From the IMG/VR virus record IMGVR_UViG_3300035208_006521, positions 17,413 through 81,412 of that record: a stretch of DNA of 64,000 bases; one strand, written 5' to 3'. Origin of the DNA: a virus (Duplodnaviria; Caudoviricetes). Position 1 is the first letter of the stretch, and each line of letters opens with the position of its first letter. The notes under the pieces were generated by a model, which was given only the letters and a program-made list of their open reading frames with translations, was not told the origin of the DNA and did no database searches. Position numbers and translations under genes: made by a program. Positions 36,701 through 44,545 of the stretch are shown here, piece after piece.

Positions 36701-37780
36701 GGTTGTTAATATCGTTTTGTATTCCTCGCCCATTATCGTTTTCACTTTTTCTTCATAGGAGGCTCTTTCTCCTTTCTTGGCTTCTATCTCTTCCTTCTTC
36801 AGCTTGGTTTGTTCTTTTCTTTCTTCTGGGGTTATGTCCTTTAGCTTGGCTTCTTTCTTCTCCTTGAGTTGCTTTCTATACTCATCTTCTGGTAACAATT
36901 TATCGATCTTGAAGTGGTTTAATTTACCGCCTGCACCTCCTACTACCACATAACCTCCTTCTTCTACCCCTTGCACCAATACGTGTTGTCCCCTTACTGT
37001 CACCCATCTCAATCCCTTTCCTTTGAGGTCTTCTTTTTTATAATGCTCTTTGTCTGACTTCCTCATCTCCATATCCGGGCCGGATATCTTACCCTTCTTG
37101 CTCTTTACCTTGCTCTTGAAGTCATCTATCTTGAACTCTTCCATACTACCAAAGAATTTTTCTGGGTTGTCATAATGATCACAATATGCTTTCTTCGCTT
37201 CTTTATCATTATTAAATCCCAACATCACTTTATCTTCATCGTATTTCCCTGTTAGTGGATTATTCTGATGTATTACATATACCCTTTTACTTTCTTCATC
37301 TTCTCCTATGAAGCAATCTACGCAATCTCCGTCAGCCCCTTCCGTTAGTCTTATGTACCCATATGGTATTTTCATCTTTGTTTTCCATTCGTTACCATCT
37401 GGGTCTTTTCCTCTTCTTATACTGCCAGGTTTATTTTCTATACTTATATCCATGCCCTGGAATTTTCTTTTACCTTGTAATTTGTAGTTTGCCTTTTCCA
37501 TATTCTCAAAATGATTTTTTAACAGGTAATAATTCTCTATGGAAAATTCTCGCACATCCAAGTCCTCAACACCAGGGCACAAAAAAGAGAGCTCAACGGC
37601 TTTTTTCATAAGACCTAAATCTACCGTTGAGCTTTTATTCATACCGCTATATATACTGTTTACTAACTTCCAGAAGCTTTCATCTTCTTCCGTATAATTT
37701 GGATACTGCCTATGTACTATCTTTTTGGCTTTATCCCACTTCTTTTCGTCTTGCTTATCTTTTACTAATCCTTTTGGCAT
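33704..37780 (-). CDS. Polyvalent protein: InPase-like domain, coiled coil, SNF2/SF2 helicase, C-terminal Zn finger
   Basis: 1358 aa. Contains ISIEN..GSIRRG...YGYI..TEGADGD.VDCFIG...DEDKVMLGF; FEAGIGKT; VVDEAH; MTGT; LEAGHNLQ; QRNKRIFRKGQ; CxxC...CxxC. Confidence 0.85.
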   Translation of the reverse strand: MPKGLVKDKQDEKKWDKAKKIVHRQYPNYTEEDESFWKLVNSIYSGMNKSSTVDLGLMKKAVELSFLCPGVEDLDVREFSIENYYLLKNHFENMEKANYKLQGKRKFQGMDISIENKPGSIRRGKDPDGNEWKTKMKIPYGYIRLTEGADGDCVDCFIGEDEESKRVYVIHQNNPLTGKYDEDKVMLGFNNDKEAKKAYCDHYDNPEKFFGSMEEFKIDDFKSKVKSKKGKISGPDMEMRKSDKEHYKKEDLKGKGLRWVTVRGQHVLVQGVEEGGYVVVGGAGGKLNHFKIDKLLPEDEYRKQLKEKKEAKLKDITPEERKEQTKLKKEEIEAKKGERASYEEKVKTIMGEEYKTILTTKDLEEISEVAKKRMAKKNKVGEEKIAKLMEEKPEEYKKEEEAARVRMEEKKIKQLESRALNALATDYFGDEIPPDKKQNMQDLLNVEKAKEILKARREFRQKLKDITRGRIGEEPEIKIGTTFAEDSSSIDDDIVKEVKQHVETQKNVQLYEKLNAQGLAAQKHIDEGGLATLNGVGGDIFKVKGIFNQDVIQTMGIESCSRIVAAKIHADGRTEEVKEALHRFAKENNMKVVDKALKESEERFANADEIRKLAEDSDDVEAILSKASANGYALRQLVAGQKNLGSAVGSLRATAHLINALEEGPVDSVQVDMGHDLFEARKKARIMGLGRDDYSLKTKDKRIVMEIPKDSLGKFFNTNVKAREKENIIEKIKAHKMNDGYKPEGMQSKIKLDASQEAGLRFFKETGKAVLDFEAGIGKTPLGYAACLEAMNNKGAKKCLVVTPAKLRSQFFQEREKFLTPDRQKLVTLNDKGPKQREQNYKKDGIIIIGHDQLRTDKELLEKAGFDMMVVDEAHELTNPNYASDESSGRMKGLQSLGKIIPYKIAMTGTNIKNSKRELWKKIDFVDPNHTLGSMKDFERRYEGLNQGTTAVQEGANDAFRREIGQWVYSQRTQLPVKNNIKRIKVDLTKAQRKAYKESEAKYAQERANEGEKIGAASRRDARNYQILHNGDPQNNSKAQKILDIMENDHKGEKAVIHLQGRKAMDTIKTTLEAKYGKGSVVAINGDTAKKEADSAKAEFNNPESKVRFIIGTKSLEAGHNLQFGGTVTFHYDIPPTFASFDQRNKRIFRKGQNKDVATYVLESNSPFDMSKRDILDRKEREMDILGNPREIEGHDETGLLGILNSIEKEKGAPGKAMKKALTIALERLGRKVDEISAAESLLQSLEKAIWEDRSIYKESPFQKAKDVTKKNAMELEDNLDTTPHIKKKELESGREVLYQCRVCKKYREDDKWVNDIPERFENYDAQSVVGRMCPDCMERHMREIDGRSEDLKERVMI

Positions 37781-37801
37781 TTTGTTACCTCTTTATTTTA
37801 A

Positions 37802-38011
37802 TTACTCATTTCTTACTATACCCGCATTTGCCCACATTATACATTCTTCCAGCTTAGTTAACGCTATAGATTTTTCTCTTGATTGTGGGACTTTTTCGTC
37901 TATCATTGTTGCTAATACTTTTCCTTCCTTTCTTATCATCTTTAATTGGTCTATTTTATATCTATCTGGTTCATGATAAGTAAAATTATTTTCTATCTGT
38001 GGATTGTGCAT
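37802..38011 (-). CDS. Acb2/Tad1-hairpin-like putative immune-signal sponge
   Basis: 69 aa. Contains FTYH..., SREKSIALTKLEECIMWANAGI. Confidence 0.65.
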   Translation of the reverse strand: MHNPQIENNFTYHEPDRYKIDQLKMIRKEGKVLATMIDEKVPQSREKSIALTKLEECIMWANAGIVRNE

Positions 38012-38023
38012 TTGCTATCTCTC

Positions 38024-38239
38024 TTATTTTTTTAGAATATCCTCTTTTATATAAAGAGGATATCCATTAAGTCTTCCGGCCAAAAAGAATATATCATATT
38101 CCAACTCTATGGGCGACGAGTCTATTTCCTCTACTACCATAGGTGTATATTGCGGTCTCACAAACTTTAGAAAAGGACCTTCGATATTTCCCACCGCCAT
38201 CATTTTTATTCTTCTACCGTTGTCAACTAATACTTCCAT
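38024..38239 (-). CDS. Hypothetical protein
   Basis: 71 aa ORF in the co-oriented operon. Confidence 0.55.
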   Translation of the reverse strand: MEVLVDNGRRIKMMAVGNIEGPFLKFVRPQYTPMVVEEIDSSPIELEYDIFFLAGRLNGYPLYIKEDILKK

Positions 38240-38246
38240 CGCCTTT

Positions 38247-38444
38247 TTATTCCTTATTGGCTATATTTGTTTTTTTTGATGCTAGCGATTTTGTTTCCTT
38301 CCTTATAGCATCTTCAAATATTTTTGTGTTGTATCCTTTCAACAACAGGTTGTGTCTTTTTATCTGTTTCTTATACTGATCATAAAGTTCCTTATCTACA
38401 AAGAAACTTAATGATGATTTTTTGTTGTTTGTTGCTTCCTTCAT
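38247..38444 (-). CDS. Small DNA-binding (ribbon-helix-helix-like) protein
   Basis: 65 aa, basic, with SLSFFVDKELYDQYK strand-helix pattern. Confidence 0.5.
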   Translation of the reverse strand: MKEATNNKKSSLSFFVDKELYDQYKKQIKRHNLLLKGYNTKIFEDAIRKETKSLASKKTNIANKE

Positions 38445-38498
38445 TTTTTATTCTCCTTCTTATTTATTTAATCCCCATAATGGAGGTAATTCACTATG

Positions 38499-38663
38499 CT
38501 ACATTTTCCATCTCAATTCAGAATTACATTCTGGGCATTTCTTTTCTGACATTTCTACATATTCATATCCACATATTGGGCAAGTAAAAAATCTTATCAT
38601 ATTTCTTAAATTTAGGGGCAAGAAATTCACATTTTGCATCATCACTTTATAGCCAACTTTCAT
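38499..38663 (-). CDS. Small zinc-ribbon protein (54 aa)
   Basis: Manual translation: ...FTCPICGYEY...KKCPECNSEL. Confidence 0.55.
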   Translation of the reverse strand: MKVGYKVMMQNVNFLPLNLRNMIRFFTCPICGYEYVEMSEKKCPECNSELRWKM

Positions 38664-38674
38664 ATTTTTTCTAT

Positions 38675-38983
38675 TCATTGATCCCGCTCTCTCAACTTTT
38701 TAAACAAACTATGATATGCTCCCTGAACTATTAAAGGATATTTTTTAATTTGAAAAGCTGAAATATTATTATTTGTTACCCTTAATAATTTTTTATGGGG
38801 ATGATTTACTCCAGACCTTTCTTTCATCAGTCTTCTACCAAGTTTGTCATATTGTTCATCGGTCATTATTGGGTTGTCCGCTATATAGTATCCATAACTT
38901 GCAATTAGATACCAGGATAAGCATCTATCTATGCCCCATTCCGTCATCAATTTCTTAAAAGTTTCACTTTTTATTCTTTTCAT
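38675..38983 (-). CDS. Stand-alone NAD-dependent ligase subdomain Ia-like protein
   Basis: 102 aa. Contains YGYYIADNPIMTDEQYDKL, matching LigA domain Ia YY..D.P...D..YD. Confidence 0.7.
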   Translation of the reverse strand: MKRIKSETFKKLMTEWGIDRCLSWYLIASYGYYIADNPIMTDEQYDKLGRRLMKERSGVNHPHKKLLRVTNNNISAFQIKKYPLIVQGAYHSLFKKLRERDQ

Positions 38984-38998
38984 TGTCTTCTTCCAACA

Positions 38999-39027
38999 AT
39001 TATATTACTTTATATTCTTATTGTAAA
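38999..39027 (-). promoter_or_regulatory. sigma70-like promoter TTTACA-17-TATAAT
   Basis: Near-consensus match in an intergenic gap. Confidence 0.7.
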
Positions 39028-39058
39028 CTATTTTTTTAATTCTTCTTTAAACCCCATC

Positions 39059-39406
39059 TTATCCCTCCTGTTCTCCTGATAACAAAATAACTGTTTCATA
39101 ATCAGGATAATATGCTTTAGCGGTTTGTTTATCATTCCATGTTTTAATAAATTTATAGAGTTCCTCTATTTCTACTATGTCATCAAAATCCTCATACATT
39201 TGTTCTACTGCGTCCTCCAAAGCAGAATCAATATCAAGTTTAAATTGATACTCGGAACATCCCCAGACCCATTTCGGAATATCATTGTCATTGTTTGATT
39301 CATAAAATTCAAGCAAGTCTTCATAATCCTTAAAATATTTGTCATATCTGTCATCATATAAATATTCTAATTTATAATCAGAGTATTTAATTTTTTTTGG
39401 GTTCAT
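39059..39406 (-). CDS. Hypothetical acidic phage protein
   Basis: 115 aa ORF. Confidence 0.6.
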   Translation of the reverse strand: MNPKKIKYSDYKLEYLYDDRYDKYFKDYEDLLEFYESNNDNDIPKWVWGCSEYQFKLDIDSALEDAVEQMYEDFDDIVEIEELYKFIKTWNDKQTAKAYYPDYETVILLSGEQEG

Positions 39407-39407
39407 A

Positions 39408-39689
39408 TCATTCCCCTTCTATTATAAATTTTTTTTCTTTTCTGGATATTCTTATTCTTCCGATTTTCTTTATATACTTGAAACTACTTAAATTACATTC
39501 TATAAATTCTTCCCTCTTTTTTCCTCTCAACTTAGCTACTCTTACCCATATAATTATATCCCTCAATAAAGGATGAATTTTTGTTCTTATACAAATATTT
39601 AGAATCACAAATTCACTTTTTCCATCCGCGTTTATCATTTCTACTATATCACCTGGTCTTATAAAAGAATCTACTTTTATCTTTTTCAT
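39408..39689 (-). CDS. Hypothetical protein
   Basis: 93 aa ORF. Confidence 0.55.
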   Translation of the reverse strand: MKKIKVDSFIRPGDIVEMINADGKSEFVILNICIRTKIHPLLRDIIIWVRVAKLRGKKREEFIECNLSSFKYIKKIGRIRISRKEKKFIIEGE

Positions 39690-39770
39690 TTGTTTTATAC
39701 CTTTGTTTTACTATGTTTTTATTGTTTATACCATTGCACGTTTGTGCACGTTGCTTAGTGATTTATTGTC

Positions 39771-40001
39771 TTAGATTCTTTTCTTTCTTTCAAAATATCT
39801 ACAATAATATGTTTTTTCTGTTGGGCTAATTAGAAGTGGAGATAGTCTGCAACATTCCCCATTCTTGTAATATCTACAATTACTACATTCCTCTTTTCTG
39901 CGGGCTTCAATTACCATTACAACTATTAAAGCTATACAGAATAAAAATAAGATAATTAAAATTCCTGATATTCTCATCATTTCTTTTCTCCTATAATCCA
40001 C
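39771..40001 (-). CDS. Small membrane protein with Cys cluster
   Basis: TM helix followed by CSNC..CC...C. Confidence 0.55.
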   Translation of the reverse strand: MDYRRKEMMRISGILIILFLFCIALIVVMVIEARRKEECSNCRYYKNGECCRLSPLLISPTEKTYYCRYFERKKRI

Positions 40002-40533
40002 ATGCAGTACTTTTTATTTCATCGAGTATTTCATCTATTTTTTCCTGTACTCTTTCTTCCGCCATTGTAGCGACAATACTCTCTATTGGGTCATTTTCAC
40101 TGCTTACTCTCTCTTTTACTTCTGTTTTTATTTCATCTTCATCTACTTCTAAATCTATACTTTCTAATTCTGAAATCCAAATATTAAGAGCTTCAATTCT
40201 TTCCGGAAGAATGCTACTTTCTTGTAATTGCTCTGGCATATTTTCTAGATTCTGTTCTGTTTCTTCTTTTAGTTCCATTATCCTGTCTATGTATTCCTGG
40301 ACAATTGTTTCTAAATCTTCCGCATTTTCTGCCTCTATCTCTTGTAAATCATCTTCTATATCCCACAAAGTTGAATTGAAACTGCTTTGAGTTAATCTTG
40401 ACCTACGTGGCTTTTCCTTGCTTATATGTTTGCCCCCATTTCTAAAGGTCCACCAATAATATGAATCCCCTTTTGCTATCCTATAATCAGGATAATCTTT
40501 TCTTGCTCTTTTTACAAAGTTTAGTCTTGGCAT
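39991..40533 (-). CDS. Conserved hypothetical phage protein
   Basis: 180 aa. Contains KGDSYYWWTF..RLTQS and an acidic coiled coil. Confidence 0.65.
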   Translation of the reverse strand: MPRLNFVKRARKDYPDYRIAKGDSYYWWTFRNGGKHISKEKPRRSRLTQSSFNSTLWDIEDDLQEIEAENAEDLETIVQEYIDRIMELKEETEQNLENMPEQLQESSILPERIEALNIWISELESIDLEVDEDEIKTEVKERVSSENDPIESIVATMAEERVQEKIDEILDEIKSTACGL

Positions 40534-40700
40534 TTTAACTCCTCCGCTGGTTTTATATAAATATTATTCCTTTCTAAATCTAAAATAACATTGTCTATTG
40601 ACACATAGTTAACACCTCCGTATGAATCTTTAACTTGTATGATCAATTCCTTTTCTTGATTCATAAGATTTAAAGACTTTATAACTTCCTTTATCCTCAT
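40521..40700 (-). CDS. Small hypothetical protein (59 aa)
   Basis: Manual translation MRIKEVIKSLNLMNQEKELIIQV...; fills the gap. Confidence 0.5.
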   Translation of the reverse strand: MRIKEVIKSLNLMNQEKELIIQVKDSYGGVNYVSIDNVILDLERNNIYIKPAEELKCQD

Positions 40701-40702
40701 TT

Positions 40703-41167
40703 TTATTCTCCTAGTTCTTCTCTTATTTTTGAATCATTTTTCAAATGCAACCTATTATATCCCCCGTATCCTTCCACTTGATTAAAAGAACTCTGGATAC
40801 TGGAATAGCCATTAGCTACCAACTCTGCAAACCCTTTAAATTTAGTACCAATAATATTCATTATGTTCTCTAAATCCTGCTCCCGTAGTTTTATATAATT
40901 AAAGAGTTCCTTATTTTTGTCGAATTTATTTTCCAACTCTTTTATTTTGTTTTCCCTTTCTTCTATTTCCCTCCTATATTTCTTTTCTATCGTGTCTGAT
41001 TGCTTCCTTAAACTTTTTTCAAAGAAATGAATTAACTCTTCTTTTTCTTCTTCTACCCTCTTTTCCCTTTCTTCTAATTTTCCCTTATAATATTCCCTGT
41101 ATTCTTTTCGAATGTTTACTATCATGAGAGCTTTTTGCTTCTTTTTTCTATTTTTTATAACTTTCAT
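40703..41167 (-). CDS. Coiled-coil hypothetical protein
   Basis: 154 aa, Glu/Lys-rich. Confidence 0.6.
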   Translation of the reverse strand: MKVIKNRKKKQKALMIVNIRKEYREYYKGKLEEREKRVEEEKEELIHFFEKSLRKQSDTIEKKYRREIEERENKIKELENKFDKNKELFNYIKLREQDLENIMNIIGTKFKGFAELVANGYSSIQSSFNQVEGYGGYNRLHLKNDSKIREELGE

Positions 41168-41366
41168 TTTCTTCTCCCTTGCAAATTACATAAAATCCTG
41201 TTGACCCGAATAATAGGTTTTCTGAACCATGACTTTCAATATATGGACAAAAATTCTTACAATATGCGGAACCTATCATCTGTCCTTTAACAACTGGGCA
41301 AATATCATTACACCTAAAACCTATACCTGAGATACATGTTCTGGTATAATATCTTTTGGTTGTCAT
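41148..41366 (-). CDS. Small Cys-rich protein
   Basis: 72 aa with several Cys. Confidence 0.55.
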   Translation of the reverse strand: MTTKRYYTRTCISGIGFRCNDICPVVKGQMIGSAYCKNFCPYIESHGSENLLFGSTGFYVICKGEENESYKK

Positions 41367-41375
41367 TTTCTTACC

Positions 41376-41576
41376 TCACATTAAAACAAATTTATTATTT
41401 TTATTTTCAAAGAATTTAAACATGGAGGATTGTGGCAATAGAAAACCCTCAAATTCAAATAATCTCTTACCTATATTATCCTTATGTATTTCTTTTATCA
41501 TCTTATTTTCTTTTCCTCTCTTGCTATATAGGACATCACCTTTACATAATTCTACTAAATTTTTGGATTTACTCAT
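41376..41576 (-). CDS. Hypothetical protein
   Basis: 66 aa ORF. Confidence 0.5.
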   Translation of the reverse strand: MSKSKNLVELCKGDVLYSKRGKENKMIKEIHKDNIGKRLFEFEGFLLPQSSMFKFFENKNNKFVLM

Positions 41577-42213
41577 ACAAATTTACCCTATTAGCTACAT
41601 AATATATTTCTTTGACTATTTGTTTAATTGTCCTGTTTGTTGTATCTATCCTGTAACTATTTATATGTAAATGTGATTTAAGTATGACAAGGGCTTCTTC
41701 ATAGTATTGAATCATTCTGCGAGAATTTTCCGAGCTCCATTTATCAAAGCCGGAAGGATCATCAGTATTTTTCCTTTCATTTATTCTTCTTGACATTTCT
41801 TCGGGATTTACTTCTAAATAAAAATAGAATATTTGATTCCAAAATTCCAAATATCTATTCTTAAAATCCACCATATCGGATATAACACTATATTTTTCCA
41901 TGGAATTTTTCAAAAGATATTGGTAAACATAAGTTGAAGTGATAAATCTCTCGAGCAATACTACCTTATTTAATTTCAAAGCCGGGATTATAACTGTATC
42001 AAACATTTGATAAAAGTCTGCCCATATCATATGATATTGCGCTCTGTGTGATGTTTTTTCATCGAACATCATTAGTCGCAATCCTTTACATACACTGGAA
42101 TATTCACTACCTGGGCATCTAGTTGCTAACAAATTGTCTTTTGATTGTTTTCTTATTTCATCTGCTATTGTTGTCTTTCCACAACCATCTGGTCCTTCTA
42201 ATATTATTATCAT
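41569..42213 (-). CDS. tmk: Thymidylate (dNMP) kinase
   Basis: Contains IILEGPDGCGKTT, TRCPG, LLERFITSTYVYQ. Confidence 0.88.
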   Translation of the reverse strand: MIIILEGPDGCGKTTIADEIRKQSKDNLLATRCPGSEYSSVCKGLRLMMFDEKTSHRAQYHMIWADFYQMFDTVIIPALKLNKVVLLERFITSTYVYQYLLKNSMEKYSVISDMVDFKNRYLEFWNQIFYFYLEVNPEEMSRRINERKNTDDPSGFDKWSSENSRRMIQYYEEALVILKSHLHINSYRIDTTNRTIKQIVKEIYYVANRVNLYE

Positions 42214-42389
42214 TTTATTTCCTCCAATGCTTTATTCATAGACTCCTTATCTATTTCTTCCCCGCATGTTGAGCAATAATTGTCATCTTCCATCACAACA
42301 CCCTCACAAGAAGTACAACCAAAAGCTGCCATATTACCCCAAGGGAGAATAATTATTTGAATAAAATCTTTTTTCGTTACTTTTATCAT
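42210..42389 (-). CDS. Small zinc-ribbon protein (59 aa)
   Basis: Manual translation: ...GCTSCEG...NYCSTCGEEI. Confidence 0.55.
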   Translation of the reverse strand: MIKVTKKDFIQIIILPWGNMAAFGCTSCEGVVMEDDNYCSTCGEEIDKESMNKALEEIK

Positions 42390-42682
42390 TTTAACTCCCG
42401 GATTATATCTTCTATTAGTCCTGTCATTATCTTTTGACTTATTTCTTCCGCTATTTCTTTTGCTCTTAACTGTATACTATCGATATATTTTATTGCTGGC
42501 CAATCTCCTCTTAAAGCTTCTCTTAAAAAGAAATCTGATTTTCCTTCCTGTCCTATTCTTAAACATCTGCCCATTTTATTATTTAAGACAATTCTTCTGA
42601 ATTCATCATACTCTTCTTGAGCTTTTTTTACGGCTTTGTCCCAAATTAAATCTGACAAACCTATAAAACCTGGATTTATCAT
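42386..42682 (-). CDS. Hypothetical protein
   Basis: 98 aa ORF. Confidence 0.6.
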   Translation of the reverse strand: MINPGFIGLSDLIWDKAVKKAQEEYDEFRRIVLNNKMGRCLRIGQEGKSDFFLREALRGDWPAIKYIDSIQLRAKEIAEEISQKIMTGLIEDIIRELK

Positions 42683-42692
42683 ATGTTTTCTC

Positions 42693-43379
42693 CTAACTTA
42701 AATATTTATGAAGATTAAATATATTTATTTTAACTTCTATTTTATGTCCATTCAATTTCCAAAGACAGTGCCTGGCTATATTTAGAAAATACCATATATC
42801 ATATAATAAAAATTCTATGTCGCATGATCTTATCAGGACTGTGAAAGTTATATTGTCGAAGATATCCTGCTCTATATGAAATCCCAACAGACTTGGCACC
42901 ATCCTATCAAGATTATAATTATCATCTGGATACCATATGGGTATATACCCGTGTCTGGAATTTTTACTGTTTACTAAATGGGATAAAGTTGTCTCTAAAT
43001 GCTGTTTGACTCTATCCTTGGTCAAATATCTTAGCTGATATTTATTTTTATTTCTGCCTTTGGATAAAAAAATAAAATATCTAGCAATTATCCCCGGTAA
43101 TTTTTCGAATTCTTTTTGACCTATAATATATTCTGTTATTTCATCTCCTATTGAATAATTATAAATATAATTAAATACTTTCTCTGTGGCCCTATCCCCA
43201 AATATTATGTCTTCTAGCTTCTCTAGATAAGATGAAATATCTATCATTGACTTTTTACCGGTACTCAAATGTACGTTGTTTGTTTCCTGTATTCTGATTC
43301 TATTTTTAGTCCCTAATCTGGGTCTATCCACTATGGGACCCTGATTGATTCTTTCTCTAAGCTCTTTCATAAACTTCAT
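42693..43379 (-). CDS. Divergent thymidylate-synthase / pyrimidine hydroxymethylase-fold protein
   Basis: Contains TVLIRSCD..LLYDIWYF (TS RSxD motif). The PC nucleophile motif appears as PS (MVPSLLGFH). Confidence 0.55.
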   Translation of the reverse strand: MKFMKELRERINQGPIVDRPRLGTKNRIRIQETNNVHLSTGKKSMIDISSYLEKLEDIIFGDRATEKVFNYIYNYSIGDEITEYIIGQKEFEKLPGIIARYFIFLSKGRNKNKYQLRYLTKDRVKQHLETTLSHLVNSKNSRHGYIPIWYPDDNYNLDRMVPSLLGFHIEQDIFDNITFTVLIRSCDIEFLLYDIWYFLNIARHCLWKLNGHKIEVKINIFNLHKYLS

Positions 43380-44161
43380 GATATTATCTCCTTTTCATCT
43401 AATTTTTGAATATTATACTCCCATAAGGATAATATATCCCTGAAAAAATTTTCTGTTGATCTTGGTTTGTTTCTTATTACTAGAAACACACTACAAAGAT
43501 ATTGTGGCCTTATTAGTCTGCCTGTTACCTCTTCTTCCTTTAACCATTGTAAATCAAATCCTAAAAAATCCTTGACTATCGGCGCCAATAATACTCCTGA
43601 TCTTTCCATGCTAAATATAGGGCGTCTTCTTACACATTTTTCTCCATTACAGCTTTTGCAGAATCTACAAGGCCCAAAACAGAAAATTTCATCATTGAAT
43701 GGTTCTTTCAGCAAGGTTCTTATTATATCCCATAACAAGGTATCCTCTACATGTAATTTTTTATATATACTACTCTTTCTGGCCTTTTTTCCTTCTTCAA
43801 AAACTTCATGAAAATGTTTGTTGTCATAATCCTTGTTAAAGGAAAGTCTACAACATATCAAAATCGGATTTTCTTTGTCGATATTGTCGGAAATATACGG
43901 GGGTACTTCTTTGCAACTTATATATGTCTGATTTGCGGGACATCCTGTTAAATTATCCCCATATGGTTCATAACACTTCTTTAACCCAAAAGCCCTATCA
44001 ATATACTTCTTGCTGGAACTATGCATGGATTCTTTCGGAATTTCTTTTATCATTATCTGATAGGAATGAATATCCTTCTTATAATTAAATTTACCTCCAA
44101 ATGTAAAATATCCTTCCTTTCTGAAAGAAGTATCTATGTTTGTATCCAATTCCCTCTTCAT
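43376..44161 (-). CDS. DUF2284-like Cys-rich metal-binding protein
   Basis: Contains KKC..YG...GCP; GPCRFCKSC...C...PIFSMERSGV. Confidence 0.6.
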   Translation of the reverse strand: MKRELDTNIDTSFRKEGYFTFGGKFNYKKDIHSYQIMIKEIPKESMHSSSKKYIDRAFGLKKCYEPYGDNLTGCPANQTYISCKEVPPYISDNIDKENPILICCRLSFNKDYDNKHFHEVFEEGKKARKSSIYKKLHVEDTLLWDIIRTLLKEPFNDEIFCFGPCRFCKSCNGEKCVRRRPIFSMERSGVLLAPIVKDFLGFDLQWLKEEEVTGRLIRPQYLCSVFLVIRNKPRSTENFFRDILSLWEYNIQKLDEKEIIS

Positions 44162-44484
44162 TTTACTACTCCTTTATTATATTCTTCATATAGTTTCAAC
44201 GCCCTTGTTCTTACTTCTATTGGATATATATCCCTGAAAAATATTATCTTTTTTTCTTTTCTTCTGATATATTTTTTATGAGAATTGTCCAACTTATTCC
44301 AATTCTTATTTATAAGAATGGCCAGTTTGTTTTTCTGCCTTTCTGTCAAGGGATGTTTATTGTAAAATTCTGCTAAATATTCTTCTATCATGAAAAGAAT
44401 CGCGGCTTCGTTTGTGCTTTTTTTAGCTTCTTTTATTATTGGAAGCATATATTTTTCTATTGTAATAATTTTGCTTTTATTCAT
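44158..44484 (-). CDS. Hypothetical protein
   Basis: 108 aa ORF. Confidence 0.6.
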   Translation of the reverse strand: MNKSKIITIEKYMLPIIKEAKKSTNEAAILFMIEEYLAEFYNKHPLTERQKNKLAILINKNWNKLDNSHKKYIRRKEKKIIFFRDIYPIEVRTRALKLYEEYNKGVVK

Positions 44485-44510
44485 ATCTTCCTTCTTTTGT
44501 TTTAGAACAT

Positions 44511-44538
44511 AACAGGGGAGAATTTAATCTCCCCTGTT
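44511..44538. terminator. Stem-loop AACAGGGGAG-8nt-CTCCCCTGTT, likely intrinsic terminator
   Basis: Perfect 10-bp inverted repeat in an intergenic gap. Confidence 0.65.
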
Positions 44539-44545
44539 TTGCTTT

